A DNA stretch of 64,000 nucleotides from the IMG/VR virus record IMGVR_UViG_3300032286_000547, positions 46,148 through 110,147 of that record; one strand, given 5' to 3'. A program made the translations under genes and the position numbers. A model generated the notes under the pieces. The model was given only the letters and a program-made list of their open reading frames with translations. It ran no database searches and was not told where the DNA came from. Of the stretch, positions 45,829 to 54,656 are shown piece after piece (the first letter of the stretch is position 1; every line of letters begins with the position of its first letter). Source of the DNA: a virus.

Positions 45829-46184
45829 TAGAACTCTTTTTTATGTGCTGGTTCAGAAATCTGGTATACACTGTGTGTACTAGATAGTCTTAACAATATA
45901 TGAAGTTGTTCTGCTTCTAGATAGTTTAGATTCTTCTTAGTGCATGCACCAATGATTTCTATACCATCACCATTATCCACTAGCTGCATAGCAACTTGCT
46001 TCTTGATATTGTCTGCCCATGAATCATCTTCACTGAAATACAGTGTGTGAACTTCTACATCTGGTGTAGCTTGTAGCTTGTGATAATCATATTCATGTCT
46101 ATCATTGATATAGATCTCTTCTCTGTATAACACTTCACTAGCGTTATCAATCATTTTTTGAATTTCTTCTTTTAGTTTTGCCAT
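45828..46184 (-). CDS. Hypothetical protein
   Basis: 118 aa ORF. Confidence 0.55.
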   Translation of the reverse strand: MAKLKEEIQKMIDNASEVLYREEIYINDRHEYDYHKLQATPDVEVHTLYFSEDDSWADNIKKQVAMQLVDNGDGIEIIGACTKKNLNYLEAEQLHILLRLSSTHSVYQISEPAHKKEF

Positions 46185-46195
46185 GTTATTGTTTT

Positions 46196-46432
46196 TTAAA
46201 ATCCTGCTAATTTAGAGAAATTAACATCATCTCTATTTAATAGATGAGCTAGACTTCTTTCTTCTTTCTCTGATAGGTTAATAATAGATGATACTAATTC
46301 TATTCTACTAGATGTGATGTCTTCACCATACACTGCTTTCACCTTCTGACCTATTTCCATAAGTTGTGGTGCATTAAAATGATTGATAGGCTCACCATGT
46401 TGGTCTTGCCATTTTCCGTTCACTACTTTCAT
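46196..46432 (-). CDS. Hypothetical protein
   Basis: 78 aa ORF. Confidence 0.55.
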   Translation of the reverse strand: MKVVNGKWQDQHGEPINHFNAPQLMEIGQKVKAVYGEDITSSRIELVSSIINLSEKEERSLAHLLNRDDVNFSKLAGF

Positions 46433-46437
46433 AATTT

Positions 46438-46677
46438 CTAATTTTCTTGATTTTCGATTACTATTTCTATAATTTTTTCATACACTTCATCACTAACTAA
46501 TTCAGTGATGTTTATTCCTTCTAAATTTATTGAGTCTATTTCAAACTCAGCATAACTACCTGGATAACCTTCCATATTACCATCATACATTTGTGATGGT
46601 TCTTCTGGATAATATGTACCAGACACTTCTAATCTAACATCATAGATGTTAACTTCCATTGTTATATCTTTATGCAT
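46438..46677 (-). CDS. Acidic hypothetical protein
   Basis: 79 aa ORF. Confidence 0.55.
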   Translation of the reverse strand: MHKDITMEVNIYDVRLEVSGTYYPEEPSQMYDGNMEGYPGSYAEFEIDSINLEGINITELVSDEVYEKIIEIVIENQEN

Positions 46678-46835
46678 ACGTCAGTTCTGTTATAGTGGTT
46701 ATTGATTGATGTTGTTTCACTTCTTTCTTGAATGTCTTAAGTGCTTGTTCCATATCATCAGCTTTAATAATGATCTCTAGTTCTGTATATTGATCATTTG
46801 TTTCTGTAAAATAATATACTAAAAATCTTCTCATG

Positions 46836-47096
46836 TTATGTTAGTATTTGTTCGTAATTCTTTCTTATCACTGTATCTACCTTGTGAGATACATCTGTCA
46901 GGTATGTACCTGATCTCACCTGTTCACTGTCATATGCTGCTACTAGAAATGGTTCTAGTGCTTCAGTAAACTCTTTAGCCTTCTGATGCATAGTTGCACC
47001 AATTGCTGCTGTAGGTTTCATCTCATCTAATTCAATTAGTAATAGATTAGTTAGCACAGCTAGTTTGTGATAGAGCACTCTTTCTTTCTTTGTCAT
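46836..47096 (-). CDS. Hypothetical protein
   Basis: 86 aa ORF. Confidence 0.55.
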   Translation of the reverse strand: MTKKERVLYHKLAVLTNLLLIELDEMKPTAAIGATMHQKAKEFTEALEPFLVAAYDSEQVRSGTYLTDVSHKVDTVIRKNYEQILT

Positions 47097-47212
47097 TTGT
47101 TTACAGGTTTAGGTGTACACACATGTCCATCACTCCATTTGATTCCTGGAGGTGGTGTTGTTTCTGGTGAGCTGTATTTTGTACCACACTCACTACATAT
47201 GAATTTGTTCAT
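47093..47212 (-). CDS. 39-aa Cys/His microprotein
   Basis: MNKFICSECGTKYSSPETTPPPGIKWSDGHVCTPKPVNK; ATGA coupling to next gene. Confidence 0.55.
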   Translation of the reverse strand: MNKFICSECGTKYSSPETTPPPGIKWSDGHVCTPKPVNK

Positions 47213-47217
47213 AATTC

Positions 47218-47400
47218 TTATTTGTTTTTAAATGTAGGGTCATAATTCTCAATACCTTTTAAATACATTTCTTTTAATTGTTTCTGTTCCATTTCTTTAG
47301 CTTCGTCAATAGCTTTGTTTACTTTATCCCATTTAGTACTAAATAAAACTAATAATTCATTTAGTTCTTTTTCTAAAAATTCTACTGCTGTCTGTTTCAT
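47218..47400 (-). CDS. Small phage protein (MKQTAVE...AKEME...TFKNK pattern)
   Basis: Start reassigned to ATG 47400 behind the repeat. Confidence 0.6.
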   Translation of the reverse strand: MKQTAVEFLEKELNELLVLFSTKWDKVNKAIDEAKEMEQKQLKEMYLKGIENYDPTFKNK

Positions 47401-47419
47401 AATCTTATTTGTTTTTAAA

Positions 47420-47626
47420 TTAACATGCCTGATATTGTTCTCCATTTTGAGCAATTGCATCTAACACTCTAAATAAAGGAACTAATATAACACCGTTAGT
47501 ATAAACCTCTTTTTTATCTTTAAAACTGTAATTAATTATAAAATCAATAATTTTTAGCTGTTCATCTGTTATCCCAACTAATCTGCTTTTTACAGATATA
47601 TCATTTTTTATTTCTTCTATTGTCAT
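47420..47626 (-). CDS. Hypothetical protein
   Basis: 68 aa between two repeat copies. Confidence 0.55.
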   Translation of the reverse strand: MTIEEIKNDISVKSRLVGITDEQLKIIDFIINYSFKDKKEVYTNGVILVPLFRVLDAIAQNGEQYQAC

Positions 47627-47659
47627 ATCTTATTTGTTTTTAAATTAAACATAAGAAAT

Positions 47660-47683
47660 AAGGGCTCCACTACAGAGCCCTTT
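47660..47683. terminator. Hairpin, probable terminator
   Basis: AAGGGCTC-cactaca-GAGCCCTT. Confidence 0.6.
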
Positions 47684-47694
47684 AATTTCCCTCC

Positions 47695-47841
47695 TTAATA
47701 ACCCAACTGTTCAAGTTGGTCTATATTGGCCTCTACAATATACACACCATGTGCTATTGTACATCCGAATGCAAGACTCATTGCAAACGCTAATTTTCTG
47801 AAGTGATAGAACTCTGTTGGTTCCATTTCGATTTTTTTCAT
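47695..47841 (-). CDS. 48-aa hypothetical protein
   Basis: ATG 47841 (MKKIEMEP) with AATCCTTAAT leader. Confidence 0.5.
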   Translation of the reverse strand: MKKIEMEPTEFYHFRKLAFAMSLAFGCTIAHGVYIVEANIDQLEQLGY

Positions 47842-47867
47842 GTTTTTAATTATTAAGGATTTATAAA

Positions 47868-47893
47868 TAAAAAAGCCTCTACAATAGAGGCTT
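47868..47893 (-). terminator. Terminator immediately after tmRNA
   Basis: AAGCCTCT-acaat-AGAGGCTT with T run on the - strand. Confidence 0.75.
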
Positions 47894-47895
47894 AG

Positions 47896-48216
47896 TGGAG
47901 GTGGGGAGATTCGAACTCCCGTCCAAACTACGTTCATTAATACAATTTATACAGCTTATAGGGTCAAGCTAGGCTTGAGATAATCCACCACTCTGTTTAA
48001 TCTAACAGAGAAATCTTTGAATGTTTAGGCTGCTACAGCAACTTCTTCTCTCAATAGAGAGAATACTTTGTTCATGTTAGCTTCGATTTGTGCGTTGTCT
48101 CCTAGAGATACTACACGTGTGTTTGATTTGCCATTTAAATAATTCACCTTAGTTTACAGTTATCTCTCTGGCTGATTGTATTAATTATTGGTAACCTGTC
48201 AAAACCAGTCACCCCC
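47896..48216 (-). ncRNA. ssrA: tmRNA (321 nt; 3' CCA not encoded)
   Basis: 5' GGGGGTGACTGGTTTTGACAGG; 3' GACGGGAGTTCGAATCTCCCCACCTCCA; G3-U70; helix TTAATACAAT/ATTGTATTAA; tag frame 48132-48025 ending AVAA-stop. Confidence 0.93.
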
Positions 48217-48228
48217 AAAAAATCCCTG

Positions 48229-48236
48229 CAAATATA
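48229..48236 (-). promoter_or_regulatory. -7 element (TATATTTG) of tmRNA promoter
   Basis: 12 nt upstream of the mature 5' end, inside an ATCCCTG/CAGGGAT hairpin. Confidence 0.6.
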
Positions 48237-48262
48237 CATTACAGGGATAAATAAAACAAACT

Positions 48263-49666
48263 TTATGCTTTTAATTGTTGTCTACCTGCTTCTTTAGAAT
48301 AAGCAAATGTCTCAAGATCATATGTAATCTCAATTTGTTTACCTTCTGTAGCAAGACAAAGATCTTTTAGTTCATCACTAAATGACATCAATGAGATAGC
48401 ATTAACCTTGTATGGAAATGCATCTGTACCAACAGAGTCTTGACCATCATTAATGATTAATATCTCAGGCTTCTCTTCTGATAGATTTACATCTAGATTG
48501 TGTAATCTACCATTAGTCACTTCATTAGCAACATATTCTACTATATCACCAATTGCTGTACCACCACCATTAGGTTCATTAGAGAATGTTTGCCAAAACT
48601 TAATGACATCATCTCTATCCTTGATATGTTGGAATTCAAGATCTTCACAGTCATAAACGAAATAACTGAAGAACACTTCTGCTTCTCCTCGCATAACATA
48701 TCTGAACCTGTCGATTAATATAGCATTAACCCATACCTGTTTCTCATCTTCATGCATAGATCCTGAGTAATCAAGAAGAATAATAATCTTCTGAATCTGC
48801 TCTTTTCTATCAACAGGTACATTCACTATCAAATCTTTAGTTAAGAACTTACTTCTGAAGTTTGGATACACTCTCTGCATTAGATTCATCATATGAATCT
48901 GAGAATAGTCTCTCATAATCATAGTGGCATACTGATCAGAATTAGCTACAATCTTCTCACTGATTTCTTTCTCAACCTTGAACTCAGATCCAAACTGACC
49001 TACAAGAGACAGATGATTCATAATCTCCATCTTTCTCTCTTTACTAAGCTCATTAAGATCTAGTTGTTCATTGATGTTAGGATCAGAATATACATTTCTA
49101 TCAAAGTCAAGTCTTTTAGTAAGATCTACCTCTTCATCATCATCACCATCTTCTCTATCTTCTTTACTTGATTGACCTTTCAATTTCAAATAAATAGAAA
49201 TAGCTTGTTCTAATGGTGAGAATCCAGGAATGAATTGCTCAAATATACTATCGTACAAAGCTTTCTTCTGTTGGTATTCACCTTGTTCAGATTCAGATAA
49301 AGAATCATAGTCTGCATACTTCTCAGCTACATATTCTCTATCATCAATCATCTTGAAATAGCATATACGTGCTAGTTCTTTGATTGTGTCAATAGATGTT
49401 TGCTTTGGAGCGTGCACTTTCTTTCTGATCTCTGCAGCTGTTGGTGTTAGATAATTGATTGGATCTTTAACAAACAGATCATCATTGTTATCAGAACTAC
49501 CATAGTCCCATGTATACGAGAATGATGACCAGCCTGATTTAGACCAACCACCACCTCCATACTTACTCTTCCAACCTCCGCTACTCTTCTTAGGAGTATA
49601 GGTTGGAGCATAATAACTACCGTAGTAGTCATCATACTCATCATCCCATAAACTTCTTTGTACCAT
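48263..49666 (-). CDS. vWA (MIDAS) domain protein, partner of MoxR ATPase
   Basis: LLDYSGSM, GGGT, INDG; low-complexity G/S/W/Y N-terminus. Confidence 0.85.
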   Translation of the reverse strand: MVQRSLWDDEYDDYYGSYYAPTYTPKKSSGGWKSKYGGGGWSKSGWSSFSYTWDYGSSDNNDDLFVKDPINYLTPTAAEIRKKVHAPKQTSIDTIKELARICYFKMIDDREYVAEKYADYDSLSESEQGEYQQKKALYDSIFEQFIPGFSPLEQAISIYLKLKGQSSKEDREDGDDDEEVDLTKRLDFDRNVYSDPNINEQLDLNELSKERKMEIMNHLSLVGQFGSEFKVEKEISEKIVANSDQYATMIMRDYSQIHMMNLMQRVYPNFRSKFLTKDLIVNVPVDRKEQIQKIIILLDYSGSMHEDEKQVWVNAILIDRFRYVMRGEAEVFFSYFVYDCEDLEFQHIKDRDDVIKFWQTFSNEPNGGGTAIGDIVEYVANEVTNGRLHNLDVNLSEEKPEILIINDGQDSVGTDAFPYKVNAISLMSFSDELKDLCLATEGKQIEITYDLETFAYSKEAGRQQLKA

Positions 49667-51000
49667 TAGATAAATGAAGCAATAGTTAAGTTCTTCTCAA
49701 ATTTCTCAAGAGCAGATGTAGCTGCTTTAACAAGCTGTGAGTGTACATGCACAACATCATCACCTACAGTTAAGCCTTTCATATCAGCCAATTGTTTCTT
49801 AAGGTCTGAAATAGCACCTTTATGTAACTTCTCATCTTCTCTAGTTACTAATGGTAGAGTGTTTAATGTTTCAATGCTATATGTAATAGCTGAAGACAAC
49901 TCTCTAAACTTAACTGTAGATTCAAATTTCTTGATTGCTTCAGAGATCAAAGATGGTTTCTTTGCAAACTCTGCAATGAATGATAATGATTCTGGACCAC
50001 ATTCATCATACACTTGATATGCTGTAACAGCAACACGAGGACTAATAGTAATACCATTCTTAGCATACTCTTGTAATAGATAAGGAATCACTGGATCCAC
50101 TTCTCCTTCACCAAACTTACTCTCAAGTAATTTGTTGTAGCTGATTTCTGTGTAGTTGTCCCATATTACATTAAGCTCAAGAGGAAATCTTTCCATCAAT
50201 GCTTTCAATGACATATTCTTAGAGAATTCATCACGAGTTCTGTTAGTACAACAGATGATGAATTTAGTGTTGATAGGAAATATCTGTGTACCATTTCTAA
50301 ATACACCACTAGATAGAATATCTTTTAATTGCTCTAGAATAAAATCAGGTGCATCGAATAACTCTTCGAAGATAACATATTCATGATTCATGAATGAATT
50401 CTCAACTAAGTATTCTATCTTACCTGTTTGTTCGAATGTAGGAATGTTAAGACCACCAAACAATCTGTCTGTAGTCATACCTGTACCCATAGTTTGGATG
50501 AAAGGATTAATACCTTTTGCTTTTAAGAAATCCAATGTGATTTCTGATTTACCATGTCCACCTGGACCATACAATACAACATTCTTAGCTGTAGAAAATC
50601 CTACGTTTAGAATACTAACTGTTTTATCCATGAATACAAATTTCTCTGCTACTGGATTCTTTACTGCGTTCTTTGTTTTTGTTGTCATTTTTTTCTTTGT
50701 TTTTAAGGAGTTTTGATTTAATTGCTTTACTTGTTCTATTACTTCTGTAATGTCTACTATTTCTTCTTCTTTAAGAATACATTCATCTGGTTCAAATGTC
50801 CAACCGTCCATTCCAAATTGTTCTTCTTTTTCTATTCGACGATTGTATTTATTAGGAACATCCATTCCTAGATACTTATTCATATCACCACTGTCACACC
50901 ATTGTTGTGGATAACCATCAAGTGATGATGAATATGAATCATCAATCCATTTACCAACTTCTTCGAACTCTTCTTTAGTTTTGAATCTATATTTACTCAT
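49666..51000 (-). CDS. MoxR/RavA-like AAA+ ATPase with N-terminal extension
   Basis: LYGPGGHGKS, IFEE, CCTN, ALMERF, ISPR; internal start at 50688. Confidence 0.85.
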   Translation of the reverse strand: MSKYRFKTKEEFEEVGKWIDDSYSSSLDGYPQQWCDSGDMNKYLGMDVPNKYNRRIEKEEQFGMDGWTFEPDECILKEEEIVDITEVIEQVKQLNQNSLKTKKKMTTKTKNAVKNPVAEKFVFMDKTVSILNVGFSTAKNVVLYGPGGHGKSEITLDFLKAKGINPFIQTMGTGMTTDRLFGGLNIPTFEQTGKIEYLVENSFMNHEYVIFEELFDAPDFILEQLKDILSSGVFRNGTQIFPINTKFIICCTNRTRDEFSKNMSLKALMERFPLELNVIWDNYTEISYNKLLESKFGEGEVDPVIPYLLQEYAKNGITISPRVAVTAYQVYDECGPESLSFIAEFAKKPSLISEAIKKFESTVKFRELSSAITYSIETLNTLPLVTREDEKLHKGAISDLKKQLADMKGLTVGDDVVHVHSQLVKAATSALEKFEKNLTIASFI

Positions 51001-51010
51001 AGCTTTAATA

Positions 51011-51037
51011 TAAAAAGAGAGCCATTACAGCTCTCTT
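51011..51037 (-). terminator. Probable intrinsic terminator
   Basis: AAGAGAGC-cattaca-GCTCTCTT with A run on the + side. Confidence 0.6.
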
Positions 51038-51043
51038 GTTAAT

Positions 51044-51529
51044 TTAATCATCATCACCTGCATCTTCTGATCTACGAGCGATGTTATCAAGGAAATCCTT
51101 AATGTGTTGTGGAAGATCATCACCATTGATTGCACTTCCTTTAGTATCTCCATGCCCATCTTGAGCAAGTTTGAGAAGAAAGTCTCTAATCTCTTCTGGC
51201 ATATCTTCTGCATCTAATGCAATTTTCTTCACTACACCTCTCATTTTATGTTCCATCATCTGAGCAAAGCCATCTAATTTCTCTTGTAAAAACATTCCTG
51301 CTATTACAACTAATTGATTATAACTAAACTCGTGAAGTGCTAGTTCTACTAACATACTTGCACAATGATCATCTTTGATGTTTTTGTCTTCATCAAATAG
51401 ATGATTCTTCAATAGATCTGATATTTGTTGTTGAATATCATTCATGTAGACTTCTTCTACACCAATAGCTTTGTGAAATTTCTTTTGACCATGATCAAAA
51501 GTAAAAATACTTGTTGTTGTACTACTCAT
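51044..51529 (-). CDS. Hypothetical protein
   Basis: 161 aa ORF. Confidence 0.6.
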   Translation of the reverse strand: MSSTTTSIFTFDHGQKKFHKAIGVEEVYMNDIQQQISDLLKNHLFDEDKNIKDDHCASMLVELALHEFSYNQLVVIAGMFLQEKLDGFAQMMEHKMRGVVKKIALDAEDMPEEIRDFLLKLAQDGHGDTKGSAINGDDLPQHIKDFLDNIARRSEDAGDDD

Positions 51530-51708
51530 TTTTTCTGTTATTAAGGATTTATTGTTCTATTCTATCACGAACACCTAATGTTCGTTCTTTTACCACTCCA
51601 TTTCTGAAGTTGTATAACACTTCTACGATTAAACGTTTAGCCTTGATGCGATTTAAAGGATTAGTTGATCCAACTAATGTACCTCTTGCTATCCTAGGTC
51701 TCATTGTA

Positions 51709-51960
51709 TTAACTAAATAAACGTATTAGATTTAATGTAGCTAAAACTGCAAAGATGATTCCTGAGATGATTAGAGAGTTTATTAATCTCTTGTTCTCTC
51801 TTCTATGGAGTTCTATTTCTAGTTCACATAGTTCAATGATTCTATTCTTACCATCGATTATTTCATTAGCTATTGTTAGCAATTTTTGTTGTCTTTCTAT
51901 TAGTTCTTCTAATAGCTGAACCTTATAGACAATTGGTTCTTCTTGATTTTCTAGTTTCAT
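51709..51960 (-). CDS. Coiled-coil protein with C-terminal TM
   Basis: 83 aa. Confidence 0.55.
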   Translation of the reverse strand: MKLENQEEPIVYKVQLLEELIERQQKLLTIANEIIDGKNRIIELCELEIELHRRENKRLINSLIISGIIFAVLATLNLIRLFS

Positions 51961-52244
51961 GTTTATTAGTAATTAATTAGTCTTTAAATATCTTCTTGCC
52001 AAAGTATAAGAATACTCTAGCAACCAGTAGCCACAAGACTATGCTTATGACTACCTTCGCTAAAAACTCCACCAACATTACTCCTTCTTATCTGCTATTT
52101 CCATTCCTATAATGACTGGAAACGTGATTGGACTTAATAACCAAATGAACCAAGCCTCTGTTGGAACATCGCTATTCTTTCTAAAAGATTCGATCAACAT
52201 ACCTAACATAATTAAGTATGTGATCATTACATATAATAATATCA

Positions 52245-52436
52245 TCATAATCCTATTATTTGATCAAAACAACTATCTAATAGCTGTTGTAGGTTAAACT
52301 TTTCTGTTTGTAACTCTGTTATTCTATCTTCAATGATATGAACATTCACATCATCGTAACCATCTTTAAGACTATCTAATGAAAAGACTTCCATATGGAT
52401 ATCTTGTAACCTCTGTTGGATATCTTCTATTCTCAT
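52245..52436 (-). CDS. Small helical protein
   Basis: 63 aa ORF. Confidence 0.5.
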   Translation of the reverse strand: MRIEDIQQRLQDIHMEVFSLDSLKDGYDDVNVHIIEDRITELQTEKFNLQQLLDSCFDQIIGL

Positions 52437-52577
52437 AGCTATTGTCTTTTTCTATGTGTATCCCACTTACCACTGTGAGCTTTACATGTTCTACAGCTCT
52501 GTAATGAAATACTGATTAATACTAATGCTGTAATAATATACAGCACACCTAATGTTGTGTAAGGACGTTTTTTCATG

Positions 52578-52940
52578 TTATTTGTTGTTAAGGAGATTAT
52601 TTAATTCTTTTAGTTCAGAGAGTATATCATCTACACTCTTGTATTGTGGATTGTAGTCTTCAGCTAATAGCTCAAACTCTTCTATTGAAACAATGTTAAG
52701 ATCATCATCTTGATCATCATCTAGAGTATCTATATAGAACCCTATACGATCTTTATCATCAGCATTATTACAATACTTTAGATATTGATCTTCTTGATCA
52801 TCTAAGTATTCAAATGCAAGATCTATATCCTTCCATATAGGAAGGTTATATCTCTCACATAGATCTTTTAGCTCATCAGAGTGTTCTTGACTATAAACTT
52901 CTACAGCAGATTTGAATATTGAATGCTTTGTATTCATCAC
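52578..52940 (-). CDS. Acidic hypothetical protein
   Basis: 120 aa ORF. Confidence 0.55.
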   Translation of the reverse strand: MMNTKHSIFKSAVEVYSQEHSDELKDLCERYNLPIWKDIDLAFEYLDDQEDQYLKYCNNADDKDRIGFYIDTLDDDQDDDLNIVSIEEFELLAEDYNPQYKSVDDILSELKELNNLLNNK

Positions 52941-53137
52941 TCAAGAGATTTATCTAGATCATCACCTAAAATAATAGCTGGCATCCAACCAAATATTAAC
53001 ATAAGCATTAATGTTGCACCATGTGTCATACATTGTTTGTATGATAGATCAGATAGTAAATATCCAATTAGTCCCATTACACACCATGTAAGGAGAATTG
53101 TAGCTATTACAGCTAACATAATTTTTGTTGATTTCAT
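52937..53137 (-). CDS. Small two-TM membrane protein
   Basis: 66 aa. Confidence 0.55.
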   Translation of the reverse strand: MKSTKIMLAVIATILLTWCVMGLIGYLLSDLSYKQCMTHGATLMLMLIFGWMPAIILGDDLDKSLE

Positions 53138-53911
53138 TGTTATTAAGGATTAAATTTTATTGTTGTCTTATCTATTAACCATCTCACTTTATATCTACCA
53201 AGTTTATCTTGTTTAATAGTTTGTAATGATCTATCACCAAGCTTAGCTTTGAAATGTTCAGCGTGTTTAAGAGAATAAAATACTCTTGTAGCATATTTCT
53301 GTTCAGCGTTCTTCATATCTTATTCTTCTTTATGTATTTAAAATTAAATAGTAAGAGTGTGTTAGCTGATCAAGCATATTTATCCACACTCTTCAAATGT
53401 CTTCTGTCTTCCATATTGACAACCTATTATATTAAGCAGATTGTTATTCGTAATATGATTGCACATTGATAAAAGCTGTTTATTGGACCACGATGGGTAA
53501 GCAAATATCATTTACACATTACTATCCTCATTTATCATAGCTGAGAACACTATATTGTAAAGAGCCCGTAAGAGAGCTAATAATTATTCTATATATAGAA
53601 AGATATAATAGATATAGAATAATAGATCTTTCATAAGAGATCTACTATATGAAGATTCTTTGACTATCTCTTGTTCTATGTCTTTAAGCTTTGCTTCTAT
53701 GTATTCTTTCATTGTTATTGCTATATATATTTACTTATGTTCTAATGTTAGTCACTTGATTATCAGACATGTTTTTAGTGGCTATGTGTACACTGCTAAA
53801 CAATTACACTCAAGAAAAAGTTTTTTTCTCCCTCGTAAAAAGTTTTATTCTATATATAGGAGAAAGTTTTTAATAGAACCCACCCATATTTACAAAACCC
53901 ACCCTATATAT

Positions 53912-53937
53912 AAAAAGAAAGAGCCCCGAAGGGGCTC
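53912..53937 (-). terminator. Intrinsic terminator
   Basis: GAGCCCC-gaa-GGGGCTC followed on the - strand by TTTCTTTTT. Confidence 0.8.
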
Positions 53938-53947
53938 AATCAACTTA

Positions 53948-54343
53948 TTAGAACGCAACAAGTTCATCAGCATTGAAAGTGCTAACAGGCTCGTAAGCAG
54001 TTGCTTTCACTTCGTCAATGTTAATCTCAATCATTGTACCGCCTGTTGGCATAGTGATAACGTTAATCATTTCACCGCTAACACTCAACTGTTCAGTAAC
54101 AGTGAAACCAATTAAGTTAGACAAAGTAATTTCTTTGCTACGTAATCTTTTGCTCAATTCAGCAGAGCAGATAACCATATCGCTTGCACCATTTGCTTGT
54201 TCAAGCACAACAGCAACACGCTTGCTTTCATCAGCAAAGTTTCTTGGTGATAATTTAATTTTACCGCCTTTTCCAATCAGTTCAGCAACTGTTCCTAATT
54301 CAGTTCTTTCTGCTCTCTCGTAATTCTTAAAATTTAGTGCCAT
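53948..54343 (-). CDS. First gene of the leftward block, 131 aa, unknown function
   Basis: ATG 54343 (MALNFK) with A-rich leader; own terminator. Confidence 0.7.
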   Translation of the reverse strand: MALNFKNYERAERTELGTVAELIGKGGKIKLSPRNFADESKRVAVVLEQANGASDMVICSAELSKRLRSKEITLSNLIGFTVTEQLSVSGEMINVITMPTGGTMIEINIDEVKATAYEPVSTFNADELVAF

Positions 54344-54624
54344 TTTTTTTCTGTTTTTAATTGTTAATATTATGATTGGGGGGGCTACCCCAACCTTCCA
54401 AATCATGCGTGGGGTTGTGACTGGGAGGGGTCTAAATTGTTACACACATGATAGGTTTCCAACTTCCTAAAAAAAATTTTGAAAAAAATTTGGTGGATAT
54501 ATATTTTATGTTCTACCTTTGGCTGGGTGGGTGGGTATGTCTATATAGATAGATTCTATTACATAATATAGCATAGGAATGTAAATATTTCTTCTTAATG
54601 TATTGATTATAAATATTTATTCTA

Positions 54625-54632
54625 TATCTTTG
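54625..54632 (+). promoter_or_regulatory. -7 element (TATCTTTG) of the head/packaging operon
   Basis: 24 nt upstream of ATG 54657. Confidence 0.55.
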
Positions 54633-54656
54633 TCCATAGAATGTCAAAACTAAATT

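Larger units (their letters stand above)
47216..47645 (-). repeat. Three exact 18-bp direct repeats at gene junctions
   Basis: ATTTAAAAACAAATAAGA (- strand) at 47216-47233, 47403-47420, 47628-47645. Confidence 0.85.

Noticed and set aside
47896-47930. Stand-alone tRNA or attP site
   Set aside because: The T arm belongs to the tmRNA; no anticodon arm, duplicate copy or integrase seen
47842-47937. N-terminal extension of the 80-aa ORF 47695-47937
   Set aside because: Runs through the tmRNA 3' end and its terminator; better start at 47841
53380-53388. Perfect DnaA box TTATCCACA
   Set aside because: Single copy inside a hairpin arm; expected by chance and no cluster
53254-54323. + strand ORFs 53254-53469, 53660-54115 and 54018-54323
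   Set aside because: Opposite to local gene orientation, overlap a real gene or terminator, implausible composition
54344-54406. Upstream start (MIWKVG) for the 152-aa ORF
   Set aside because: Crosses the G-tract element; ATG 54343 has the typical A-rich leader
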